Source: a virus (taxonomy: Duplodnaviria > Heunggongvirae > Uroviricota > Caudoviricetes). From it: a stretch of DNA of 64,000 nucleotides. The DNA lies in the IMG/VR virus record IMGVR_UViG_3300028653_000011, one strand, 5' to 3'. Below are positions 1-8,765 of the stretch, piece by piece. The notes beneath the pieces are model-generated. The model was not told the DNA's origin. It saw only the letters and a list, made by a program, of their open reading frames with translations, and did no database searches. Within the stretch, counting starts at the first letter, position 1. Every line of letters starts with the position of its first letter. A program made the translations under genes and the position numbers.

Positions 1-274
1 CACCTGACACGTGGAACGACGTGGGTCTATGATAGAGCTCCTCCTCTTCACAGAAGGGGCACTTGGTGGGTAGGGGTCCCATCGACGGTTTCCACACGTG
101 TTTTCTGGCAATGCACTTGCGAGACCACCACCAATCCCACAGTTTAGCGAAGCCCGTGGGAGGGGCCACGCGCGCGGCACAGGGACCCTCGTGACCCGGC
201 GTACGTGAGCAATACCAACCCGGCGGCGGGATGGGACACTTGTTCGGTAAGTTGTAGAACTCGGGAGTTTTCAC
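1..274 (-). CDS. Cys-rich hypothetical protein, partial (runs off window start)
   Basis: Manual translation from GTG at 274: MKTPEFYNLPNKCPIPPPGWYCSRTPGHEGPCAAR...KCPFCEEE; open to position 1, same strand as the adjacent operon. Confidence 0.5.
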   Translation of the reverse strand, partial: MKTPEFYNLPNKCPIPPPGWYCSRTPGHEGPCAARVAPPTGFAKLWDWWWSRKCIARKHVWKPSMGPLPTKCPFCEEEELYHRPTSFHVSG

Positions 275-299
275 GTGGCCCGTTAGGGCGTCATTGTCA

Positions 300-1031
300 T
301 TACCAGTCGGCACGTTCGCCTCCCACTTCTCCGGGTTTTGTCAGTAAAACTTGACCGTAATCACGATCAACGCCCTGGTGCTTATCATCAGCGAACATGA
401 TGCGATCCATGATGATCAGCTCCTTCGACGGATCATCGATCTCGTCGATGGCCTGACTGCACTTGATGCCCGGGTCTGACTTCGACGGCAGGTGATAATC
501 ATCGAAGAGGCAAAACTTCGTCCACTTGTCCTTCGTCTGCAACCAGTCGTGCTTCGTGCCCTCGTAGGAATGGTCACCATCGATGTAGATGAGGTCGTAG
601 GGACCTGATAGGGTGGGCAGCACTTGCTGCGATGTGCCACGGGCGAACTGCACGTACTTGAACAGCTCGGTCGGCAGGACCTGACCCAAGGCATTGAGGA
701 ATTTGTCGTCGACGTTGGGTTCGACCGTCGTCACCTTGCCCGGGAGACCCGCGTCGTAGAAGGCCTTGGCGGCACACAGGGCCGAATAACCGCGGCCGAA
801 GCCGATCTCCAACATCGACGTCAGGTTGTATTGACGAATGAGGTAGTAGATCAGGATCCCGCGCTCGTAGTTGCTCCTGTACACTGCGCCGTACTTCTTG
901 TAGTTGGGGTCGTTGGGATCTCGGGTGCGCTTGGCAGTGAACTCGCCCAACGTGTCAAAGTCACCCATGACGATGCTGTCAAGGGCGACGCCCATCTCTT
1001 CGAGTTTGGTCTTGACGTTCAGTGTTCTCAT
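300..1031 (-). CDS. Class I SAM-dependent methyltransferase (Methyltransf_24-like)
   Basis: MLEIGFGRGYS SAM-binding motif, YDLIYIDGDHSYE and LFDDY motifs. Confidence 0.85.
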   Translation of the reverse strand: MRTLNVKTKLEEMGVALDSIVMGDFDTLGEFTAKRTRDPNDPNYKKYGAVYRSNYERGILIYYLIRQYNLTSMLEIGFGRGYSALCAAKAFYDAGLPGKVTTVEPNVDDKFLNALGQVLPTELFKYVQFARGTSQQVLPTLSGPYDLIYIDGDHSYEGTKHDWLQTKDKWTKFCLFDDYHLPSKSDPGIKCSQAIDEIDDPSKELIIMDRIMFADDKHQGVDRDYGQVLLTKPGEVGGERADW

Positions 1032-1474
1032 GGTTCATCCTTCGACTTGCGTTTGTTGGGCGTCTCGTGATCGTCTTTGGTAGGCGGGGGCTTATACGCC
1101 TTGAGCTTCTCCACACCCAGCACCGCGAGGTGGTCATACGGAAAGGCTCGATTGCACGGATCGCCGATGCGACGCTTCCACCCGTGTTGCTCGAGCCACG
1201 CCACCACGTCGCCTACCCGGGTGAACGGACCACGCTTGAGAGCCAGCGGCGACCGCCACCGACCCAGCACCACGGTGCCCAACTGCTTGACCCAGTCGGC
1301 CTCAATGCGGCGTTCAGTGCCGTCCTTGCGAATGACGATGTCGACTTGCCTCGATGTCCTCAGGCGGTGATCGTCAGACAACACCCGCTTCATGTAGTCA
1401 TAGGTGCGTGGGCCCAAAGCCAGCCACAACAGCAAGCGACGGAGTGGGAGCAGGCGTAGTTTCCTCATGAGCAT
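1028..1474 (-). CDS. Hypothetical protein
   Basis: 148-aa ORF overlapping its neighbours in the minus-strand operon. Confidence 0.55.
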   Translation of the reverse strand: MLMRKLRLLPLRRLLLWLALGPRTYDYMKRVLSDDHRLRTSRQVDIVIRKDGTERRIEADWVKQLGTVVLGRWRSPLALKRGPFTRVGDVVAWLEQHGWKRRIGDPCNRAFPYDHLAVLGVEKLKAYKPPPTKDDHETPNKRKSKDEP

Positions 1475-1713
1475 TCCTGTGCGTTGACTAATCCACTCTC
1501 ACCTGGCATGACGGGGCCAAGCTTGAGGCCGTGCTGGCGATATGCATCTTGAACGCAGCTCATTCGACCATTGCACCTGATCGCGGTCGCCGTGCACATC
1601 TCGCTGGCATTCAGCGCCAGCGTTTTGCCGTCGACGGTGATGACTTTCTGGCACGTGCAACCCGTCATGTCGCGCCACAGTCTCTTGCGTAGTGCTGCAA
1701 CCTCTCGCTTCAT
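1465..1713 (-). CDS. Cys-rich hypothetical protein
   Basis: 82-aa ORF with 4-nt overlap with the upstream gene. Confidence 0.55.
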   Translation of the reverse strand: MKREVAALRKRLWRDMTGCTCQKVITVDGKTLALNASEMCTATAIRCNGRMSCVQDAYRQHGLKLGPVMPGESGLVNAQECS

Positions 1714-1958
1714 GCGCCCACCTTCAAACGGTAACCATAACCCCCGCGGGGTCCAAAGTTCTTGAGGCGGTCGAGTTCACCCCCATCACACATGCGCTTC
1801 AGAACGCTCGAGAGACTCGACAGTTTGACCGACTCACTGGGGCCGATGCCGCTCTCCACGTTGAGCACGTGGTAGATGTCGACAGCGGTGACGATGGCAC
1901 CGGCGTGCTTGAGCAGGTGGAGGACGCGTCGACGAATGGTCATGCGAGCAGCGTCCAC
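1710..1958 (-). CDS. Small putative winged-helix DNA-binding protein
   Basis: 82 aa; helices followed by GELDR..GPRGGYGYRL wing-like hairpin. Confidence 0.5.
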   Translation of the reverse strand: MDAARMTIRRRVLHLLKHAGAIVTAVDIYHVLNVESGIGPSESVKLSSLSSVLKRMCDGGELDRLKNFGPRGGYGYRLKVGA

Positions 1959-2278
1959 TTTCCACCCAAGGTGCGGTACTCGATCGGGTGACCCAACTCC
2001 ACCGCGTGGGCAATGCCGTATTCCATGCCGCGACTGGTACCTAGATCAGTGTAGACGACGGTCTTGTGGGCGCACTCGCGCCAGGCGAAACCCGCCGCGA
2101 TGCCACGTTCACGCTCCTCGGGAATTTCATCACGTAGGACGTTGGGTTGGGTGTAGAGGGCATGGCTGACGAAGGGTGCCTCGCCCCGTTGCAGGCAGTC
2201 CTGCATGCAGGCACGGACGTAGAGGAGATTTTTCTCCACGTCACCGGCAAACGGGCTCTCGATGATGACACGTTGCAT
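1940..2278 (-). CDS. Nucleoside 2-deoxyribosyltransferase-like / DUF4406-like protein
   Basis: VIIESPFAGD...PFVSHALY...VVYTDLGTSRGMEYGI pattern; start placed at the ATG of MQRVII. Confidence 0.65.
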   Translation of the reverse strand: MQRVIIESPFAGDVEKNLLYVRACMQDCLQRGEAPFVSHALYTQPNVLRDEIPEERERGIAAGFAWRECAHKTVVYTDLGTSRGMEYGIAHAVELGHPIEYRTLGGKWTLLA

Positions 2279-2283
2279 GGTTT

Positions 2284-4194
2284 TCACGGTAGCTCCTCGG
2301 GTGGCGTACGATTGATGGTGATGTGAGGCGTCGTCGTCTGACCATCCCAGGGGCGGTGCCACACCCAACCCCCGAGCTTGGCCTTCATGTCGGCGGCCTT
2401 GGCGTCGATCATGGCGTCAGTGACATCGGCCCAAGGTACCCCGAACATGTAGTTGTTGGCCCCGGTGTCGGCAGTGTCCTGATTGTACAGTGCGCGCCAA
2501 TGGTTCTGCCAGTAATCACGATACAGCGTGATCTTGCGTTTGAGGTCGATCCAACTGTAGTGAAAGACGCACGGTAGGCCATTGATGACCTGATTGAACC
2601 ATTGCTGATACTGCAGGCGTGCCTGTTCGTTGCCCAACAATGCCATGCGGCGAACGTTGTCGACTTCGGGTGCGTTGAAGCTGACGTGGCCTAGTGGTTC
2701 GAATGTATCCACGTGAATCATGTCGCAGCCGTCGGTGCCCTCGGCGGCATAGAGGAGCCCGTCAGCATCAGCGCGGCGCAGGGACGCCGGAATGCCGTGA
2801 GTGATGTGGGGTGCGTTGCGGCTCAGGCGCCACTTGGCCGGGTTGACGTCACACCTGATCTTGTCCCACCCACCCCATCCCTCGATGACGGGTAGCGACA
2901 TGATGTCGACGCCGACCGGGATGGCACGGCACAGGCCGTGGATCTTCTTAGCGTCGTCGGGGTGCACTACCTCGTCGGCGTCCATTTGCCAACAAAAGTC
3001 ACCGGTGCACATGCGACGGGCTTCAGCCTTCTGCATGCCGTCGAAGATCGGGTGGCGCTTCGATGACCAATCACGCTTGACCTGCTTGACTTTGATACGT
3101 GGATCAGAAGACTCGAGAAATTGCAACGCTTCCCACGTGCCATCTGTCGACCCACCGTCGACGATGCAGATCTCATCGCAGAATTCTCCCATCGACTCAA
3201 TGCAACGCAAGTACGGATACTGTTGCTTGACGGCGTTATAGGTCGTGGTGTAACCGCTGATCTTGGGTCGATAGTCCATCATCGACTTGATGCCGTTCCA
3301 GAAGTGCTGGCGAGCAACGAAGAGGTAGCCTTCGATCGCTTCCACGTCGTCGGTCGCAAACCACTCCTCGTCCTTGTGCATCACGTGTTCATTGAGCTGC
3401 AACTTGCAGCCCAACAACTTGGCCTCGATGACCATGCGGGGGCAGGTATCGCCGCCTTTGGGGAGGTAGACGAAGCCTTCGGCTTGGGCCAACTTTTCCA
3501 ACACTTGGTCGTAGGGCAGGTTCCACACCACTTCGAACTGCTTGCCATTGTCAGCACACCACCGCTTGGCATCATCGGAGCCCTTGATCCAGCTGTCACT
3601 GCCCAACACGATCCAACCTGATCGAGGCGTGTCCTGGTCCTTGGTTCGGAGTGCCTTGAGGTACCCCAACGTTCTGTCGTCAAAGACGCTGGAGAGCACC
3701 GTGTTTGACTTGTTGACTAAGAACGGGAAGGTTGTCAGGTACCGCTCCTTCTGTTTTTCGCTCATCCACCAGTTGCCCATCGACCCGTAGAAGAACGTGC
3801 TGATGATCTTACCCGTGATGTCGTTCGAGCAGTCACAGGGCAGGCAAGTGGCGTGGAGGTGCTTTTCGGGTGAGCGGAATTTGCAGTACTTGAAGTCATA
3901 CTCGACAATGCTGTACTTTAGGTTACCGACGATCGATGGAATCAGCTGAAAATTGAGCTGACTAAAATTACCGAAGATCCAGAACAATCCCACGCCTGCT
4001 TGCAATAGCTCGAGCGTGACGTCTTTGCTGTGAAGCTTGAAGACCTCGAAAGGACTGGAGTCGATGAGGGCCTGTGTCGTCAGTTCTGCTCCTCCGACGT
4101 AGTCGCTGACAAACATGTCAGAAACAACGATGACTTTCGCCGTTAGTGGAATGGTGATCCGCTGATCTTGAAAGACGCTCTTTTGAAAGTCCAC
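2284..4194 (-). CDS. Two-domain glycosyltransferase (GT-B-like N-terminus plus GT2/GT-A C-terminus)
   Basis: N-half GGAE and DTCPRMVIEAKLLGC (GT4-like); C-half ISGYTTTYN, IVDGGSTDGT and QMDADE (DxD). Confidence 0.85.
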   Translation of the reverse strand: MDFQKSVFQDQRITIPLTAKVIVVSDMFVSDYVGGAELTTQALIDSSPFEVFKLHSKDVTLELLQAGVGLFWIFGNFSQLNFQLIPSIVGNLKYSIVEYDFKYCKFRSPEKHLHATCLPCDCSNDITGKIISTFFYGSMGNWWMSEKQKERYLTTFPFLVNKSNTVLSSVFDDRTLGYLKALRTKDQDTPRSGWIVLGSDSWIKGSDDAKRWCADNGKQFEVVWNLPYDQVLEKLAQAEGFVYLPKGGDTCPRMVIEAKLLGCKLQLNEHVMHKDEEWFATDDVEAIEGYLFVARQHFWNGIKSMMDYRPKISGYTTTYNAVKQQYPYLRCIESMGEFCDEICIVDGGSTDGTWEALQFLESSDPRIKVKQVKRDWSSKRHPIFDGMQKAEARRMCTGDFCWQMDADEVVHPDDAKKIHGLCRAIPVGVDIMSLPVIEGWGGWDKIRCDVNPAKWRLSRNAPHITHGIPASLRRADADGLLYAAEGTDGCDMIHVDTFEPLGHVSFNAPEVDNVRRMALLGNEQARLQYQQWFNQVINGLPCVFHYSWIDLKRKITLYRDYWQNHWRALYNQDTADTGANNYMFGVPWADVTDAMIDAKAADMKAKLGGWVWHRPWDGQTTTPHITINRTPPEELP

Positions 4195-4436
4195 TGTGTC
4201 ACACCTCGAACCAATAGTACGTTCTCATTTAGCATGTGTTCACACATTGCGACAAACTCCTTCAATGCCGATACTTACCCCCAAGAGCCCTGTACTGTCT
4301 TTAAGTTCTGTATAGATCTTAAGAGATCTTAAGGGAAAGCGGTTGAGGACGAGCGGTGAGCTTCAGCAGTCAGTCTTAAGCAGATTTAACGCGCGCGAGA
4401 AACCTACCAAATCTCAAGATCAACGTAAAGACAACA

Positions 4437-4703
4437 ATGACATTCGCTAACGTTAGAGACATCATCACCTTGTTTCTGGCAATTCTCGGCAGCGTGTCGG
4501 GGTGTTGGGCATATGTCCAAAAACGCAGTTTTAAGCAACAGGCACAACTCGTTGACAAATTAGCCGACATGGTGAAAGAGACGAAGGAAGTGAAAGAAGC
4601 GCTTGTGACTCACATTCGAGAGGATACTAGCGTACAGGCTACGATCGCAACGACCCTTAAGATATGGGTCGATCGCATGCAACGCGAGGAAGACAAGCGA
4701 TGA
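4437..4703 (+). CDS. Small single-TM coiled-coil protein (possibly holin-like)
   Basis: N-terminal hydrophobic helix IITLFLAILGSVSGCWAY followed by a charged helical region. Confidence 0.55.
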   Translation: MTFANVRDIITLFLAILGSVSGCWAYVQKRSFKQQAQLVDKLADMVKETKEVKEALVTHIREDTSVQATIATTLKIWVDRMQREEDKR

Positions 4704-4836
4704 ATTATCCTCATCACGTCACGAAGGAGAGCGTCGAATGACAGCCGAAGCGCTACAACTCAGGCACGTATATGCGCAGATCTTGCTGATGTTACGGATC
4801 TTGAGCCAACGCCACAATTAAGAGTACTATCAACGG

Positions 4837-6057
4837 GTGAAGGTCGTTCATCCCAGCGTTAGTGTGGCCACCGCATTGCAGCGTGTCTGCACGTTACTTG
4901 AAGATCTCAGCGGTCGACGTTTTTTAGCGCGGGGCAAAGAACACCTAAATGTTCACACTCGGATGCAGGCTGCCTTTGCTCTAAAGTTTGCGAGCGTGCT
5001 CGAGCAAGCGCTGTACGAGATTATCATGGCCCATGCACTTGCGGCTGAAAAATTGAGCCCAGGTGGTTTTGATCGGTGCCTTGTGTTGTTGATGGATGAG
5101 TTAGCGTCGAGTCCCGACGTCAGTCCATCCCGCCTTCATGAAACGATTGAACCCAAGCATCCGACGTCAATTGATGTCGATCGAGTCGTGTTAACACATG
5201 CCGCCATGGCCATTTATCCCGGGACTAAGGCCATGATCCGTGAGGCTTTGGGCCTTGCTGGATTTGCCGGGCGAATCATCATTGAAAAAACGCTAGCGTT
5301 GACGCCGTCCGTTGAACTTGTCAATGGTTACACTTTCAACCTGCAGAAATTATTGCCCATTGACGTCAACATCGTCAAGCCTCGCGTTTTTTGCATTGAC
5401 GGATACCTTGAAGAAGTGGCGGAAATACATCACTTGCTCGAGGCTGCGGCTGATGCTAAGGAACCATGCATCATGTTCGTTCGGGGGTTAGCTGATGACG
5501 TCAAGCACACTCTCAAGGTCAATTATGATCGAGGCAGCCTTCGTGTAATACCCATTGGCGTTAGGTTTGACCTCGAGGGCATGAATACTCTGATCGATCT
5601 GTCGATGGTCGCTGGTTGTGACCTAGTGTCGAGCTTGAAGGGTGACCTCATCAGTGCAATCAAGTTTCAGGAAGCGCCCAGAGTTGACCAAGTGATCACT
5701 TTCAAGGATCAGGTGGTTGTCACAAACCTGGTCACCCGCCGGCGCGTTGCGGCACATGTCGCTGAGCTCCGTGCCAGACGAGAAGGCGAAGCGATCGATG
5801 ACAAGGCCGGCCTATTCGACAAACGGATTCGATCACTGTCGCCGAATCACGTTGTCATTAGGTTGCCCGATGATAAGGACTTTGTCGTCAATTCACAAGC
5901 CATTGATTATGCCCTGCGCGCGACCGGATCACTGATCGGTCATGGCACCTTCGGCGCCGGCGGCCTCGCGGCGACTGAGGCCGCATCACGGGCGTATGCG
6001 AGCCGTTGCGTGGGTGTATTACGAGAAATAGGGGACGCCGTCACTCAGGATTCTTGA
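4837..6057 (+). CDS. Divergent, shortened GroEL/Cpn60-like chaperonin
   Basis: Apical-domain pattern (ELVNGYTF, EIHHLLEAA..KEPCIMFVRGLADDVKHTLKVN, LIDLSMVAG, KRIRSLS); no GDGTTT motif. Confidence 0.7.
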   Translation: MKVVHPSVSVATALQRVCTLLEDLSGRRFLARGKEHLNVHTRMQAAFALKFASVLEQALYEIIMAHALAAEKLSPGGFDRCLVLLMDELASSPDVSPSRLHETIEPKHPTSIDVDRVVLTHAAMAIYPGTKAMIREALGLAGFAGRIIIEKTLALTPSVELVNGYTFNLQKLLPIDVNIVKPRVFCIDGYLEEVAEIHHLLEAAADAKEPCIMFVRGLADDVKHTLKVNYDRGSLRVIPIGVRFDLEGMNTLIDLSMVAGCDLVSSLKGDLISAIKFQEAPRVDQVITFKDQVVVTNLVTRRRVAAHVAELRARREGEAIDDKAGLFDKRIRSLSPNHVVIRLPDDKDFVVNSQAIDYALRATGSLIGHGTFGAGGLAATEAASRAYASRCVGVLREIGDAVTQDS

Positions 6058-7021
6058 GTGCCCCAATGTCATCAAGAGCGTCCAACAGTGCCTGCGCGCT
6101 AGCATCATTGAGGCCAACCTTTTTGAAGACATCGCTGTCTTTCAAGCGATTGAACGCCTTCTGCTTGTGATCGGTGACCGCTCCTCCACCGCCCCTTTTC
6201 GTGCCCGGAGGTTGCGCCGGGTGTTCGCCGGTTGGTGTGGTCTTTGTTGTCACAGTGGTCTGCTTGGGTGGTTCGCCCGGTTGTGTTTGAGCCGATGGCA
6301 CTGTGGGTTCTGTCGTGTTACCACTCTTGGTCTGTACGTCGCCTTGGCCGGTGATCTGTGTTTTTAGATCAGGGGCTACATCAGCCGCCTTTGCACCCGT
6401 TTGAATTTTTTTGGCGATTTGAGAGAAGACGTTGACGGGAACCTTGATCAGTTCTTGTGCCAACGCTTGCCCATCAACATACGGGACTTTCTTGAACGTT
6501 CCATAGATGCCGCCCGGTGACAGGGCTTTACGAAGTTGGGCCGTGATTGATTTGAGTTTCTTTTCAGCGTCATTACCCGTGCCCACGATCGTCAACAAAC
6601 TCTTAGTAGTGTCGGCTCCTTGGAGATCGACGCCGTTGTTATTGAGGATGGTCGGGACCTGTGAGAATCCCTTCTCAAGCGCACTAGCGAAAGTCGTCAC
6701 CTTGACGATGGGGTTATCAACGCCGACCAATCCCTTGATTTTGCTCCAGGCTTTGGTGAGTGGGCCACCCACGGTGTACTTGTTGATTTCAGCCTGTGCT
6801 TGCTCGATTGCCTTTGATAAGACGGGAAGTTGGGGATTTTTGACGGTAGAGAGTTTTTGGATGATGGCGGTGACCTTGTTGAGGTCGTCTTCATTCATTG
6901 CCTCAATCAACAGGTTGGCTACGCGGTGTTCACGCATGAGCTGTTCATCGATCCTTTGCAATCGTTCGTTGAGCGACTGATATTTTCGTTCGGTGCGCCG
7001 CTCTTTGAGTGATTTGGCCAT
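6041..7021 (-). CDS. Hypothetical protein, possibly virion-internal
   Basis: 326-aa ORF; TACTTA motif upstream on the minus strand (7050-7055); L-x-E motifs near the N-terminus. Confidence 0.7.
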   Translation of the reverse strand: MAKSLKERRTERKYQSLNERLQRIDEQLMREHRVANLLIEAMNEDDLNKVTAIIQKLSTVKNPQLPVLSKAIEQAQAEINKYTVGGPLTKAWSKIKGLVGVDNPIVKVTTFASALEKGFSQVPTILNNNGVDLQGADTTKSLLTIVGTGNDAEKKLKSITAQLRKALSPGGIYGTFKKVPYVDGQALAQELIKVPVNVFSQIAKKIQTGAKAADVAPDLKTQITGQGDVQTKSGNTTEPTVPSAQTQPGEPPKQTTVTTKTTPTGEHPAQPPGTKRGGGGAVTDHKQKAFNRLKDSDVFKKVGLNDASAQALLDALDDIGALKNPE

Positions 7022-7074
7022 TGCGAGTTCCTTCGTTGTTTACTGTAGCTAAGTATGCGGTTAGATTCGACTAG

Positions 7075-7362
7075 GTGAAGAGCATGAACAAGAAGAGCCC
7101 GGCAGAACAAATTAACCTCGCGTCCATGAACTTGATGAACGCGGCTAAGGACGCGGTGACCACGAACATCATGACTGCGGTTCGTACCTCAAAAGTGGAT
7201 GTCAAACCAGAACAACTTTCAACGCTGTTGTTGATCGTCAATGCCTCAGTTGAGGAGGGATACCAGAGAGGATTTCGTTTCTTTTCTCACGTAGTCAATA
7301 CTGCACTCACCGAGGCCGTCACCGATGCGACAATGCCCGCACTGACAAAGAAGAAGTCATAA
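7075..7362 (+). CDS. Hypothetical protein
   Basis: 95-aa ORF at the start of the plus-strand cluster. Confidence 0.65.
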   Translation: MKSMNKKSPAEQINLASMNLMNAAKDAVTTNIMTAVRTSKVDVKPEQLSTLLLIVNASVEEGYQRGFRFFSHVVNTALTEAVTDATMPALTKKKS

Positions 7363-7397
7363 CGCTAAAGGTGACTACGACGCCGAAGGGTGAATGA

Positions 7398-7865
7398 ATG
7401 GCGACCGGGCTAAAACACTTGATCACTTGCCGCTGTGTGTTGCCCCAATTCAAGCGGCGTGAAAATCCACCGCAACATCAATTTGTCGTGTTTTCGATCC
7501 TAGATGATAATGATGCTGTTCAACCTAAGTTCGTGCAGTGTAATAATTGTGGAATCATTCACAAAGTAATTGAAGTCAATCGATCGGTAATTGTGGCCGG
7601 CCGAGAAGACATGAAGTCAATTGCTGACATTGATGACATCAAATTGAATCTGTCACCCAATTTGTCGGCACTACTCGAGCAAAATAATGCTGATCTACCT
7701 ACTTGGGAGGCGGTTCAGTATGCAATTGTCAATGAACAATGGGGTAGTTTTATCGTCTTGTCGACCGATGAAGAAGACGGTCTCAAGCAGGGAAAATACG
7801 TTCGAATTTTAGGTCAGAATATGTTCAAGGTTGAAACTTTCACTCGAGAGGAAGTGGTGAGGTAA
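7398..7865 (+). CDS. Hypothetical Zn-binding protein
   Basis: CRC and CNNC motifs; 155 aa. Confidence 0.7.
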   Translation: MATGLKHLITCRCVLPQFKRRENPPQHQFVVFSILDDNDAVQPKFVQCNNCGIIHKVIEVNRSVIVAGREDMKSIADIDDIKLNLSPNLSALLEQNNADLPTWEAVQYAIVNEQWGSFIVLSTDEEDGLKQGKYVRILGQNMFKVETFTREEVVR

Positions 7866-7869
7866 TAAC

Positions 7870-8139
7870 GTGGTGACCTATGGACAGTCGCAGGCGGAAA
7901 AGTTGGCGGCGGAGAATGAAGTTTGCCGTCAGATCGTTCGAGAAGTTGCAAACTTAGGAATCAGTCAGCGACAGGCATTATTCGTGATGTACTTGATGGC
8001 GACTGAACTCGAGAATGGAGAGCACATGAAAGCTCTCACTCGTTTAGTTCGAGAGTTGGGAGGCGATGATTTATTCCTGATTGGCAAACCCCTAGTTGAT
8101 GTTGAAATGGGAGGTACTCATGGGACGATCGACGGTTGA
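7870..8139 (+). CDS. Hypothetical protein
   Basis: 89-aa ORF with GAGGT SD. Confidence 0.65.
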   Translation: MVTYGQSQAEKLAAENEVCRQIVREVANLGISQRQALFVMYLMATELENGEHMKALTRLVRELGGDDLFLIGKPLVDVEMGGTHGTIDG

Positions 8140-8725
8140 AAATAGTGCGCATGGTCGTACTCATTCAGAGTCAGTTGACATGGAACCTGAACAGGCCATG
8201 GCGATGGCAGCACAGAATTCAAGGATCGTTTTTCTCCATGGAGATGTCACTGAACACTCGATTTCTAACGTTACAGCACAGATGCTGTTCTTGGCCAACA
8301 TCAATAACAATCCAATTCACTTGCTAGTGTCCACGTACGGTGGTTCAGTCGATGAGATGTTCAGTCTCTATGATCTAATCAGATTTCTACCGTGTCCTGT
8401 GCAGACAGTTGCTCTCGGCAAAGTCATGAGCGCGGGAGTTTTGATCTTGGCCTCAGGTGTCAAGGGTAAGCGTTTGATGGGTGCATCGTCTCGTATCATG
8501 ATGCACTCCTTATCAGGGGGTGCCATGGGCAATGTTTTTGAAGTTGAGAATCATGCCGTTGAAATGAAACGAGTTCATGAGCTAACGGTGACTGCCATGG
8601 CACGAGAGACAAAGATGACCAAAGAACAAGTTGCGGCGATCATGGATCCGAAGCTAGACTACTTTGTCACCCCGAAACAGGCGCTCAAAATGGGGATAAT
8701 TGACAGGATAATCGGCGCAGAGTGA
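8120..8725 (+). CDS. clpP: ClpP-family protease subunit
   Basis: RIVFLHG, STYGGSV, GKVMSAG (catalytic Ser), RIMMH (His), DYFVTPKQALKMGIIDRI; GGAGG SD before ATG 8120. Confidence 0.9.
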   Translation: MGRSTVENSAHGRTHSESVDMEPEQAMAMAAQNSRIVFLHGDVTEHSISNVTAQMLFLANINNNPIHLLVSTYGGSVDEMFSLYDLIRFLPCPVQTVALGKVMSAGVLILASGVKGKRLMGASSRIMMHSLSGGAMGNVFEVENHAVEMKRVHELTVTAMARETKMTKEQVAAIMDPKLDYFVTPKQALKMGIIDRIIGAE

Positions 8726-8765
8726 TGGTGTAAATCTCTAACGTGGTGGGGTATGGTAGGCTGAC

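Noticed and set aside
4738-4821. 27-codon ORF with AAGGAG SD (MTAEALQLRHVYAQILLMLRILSQRHN)
   Set aside because: Too short to support without conservation or ribosome-profiling data
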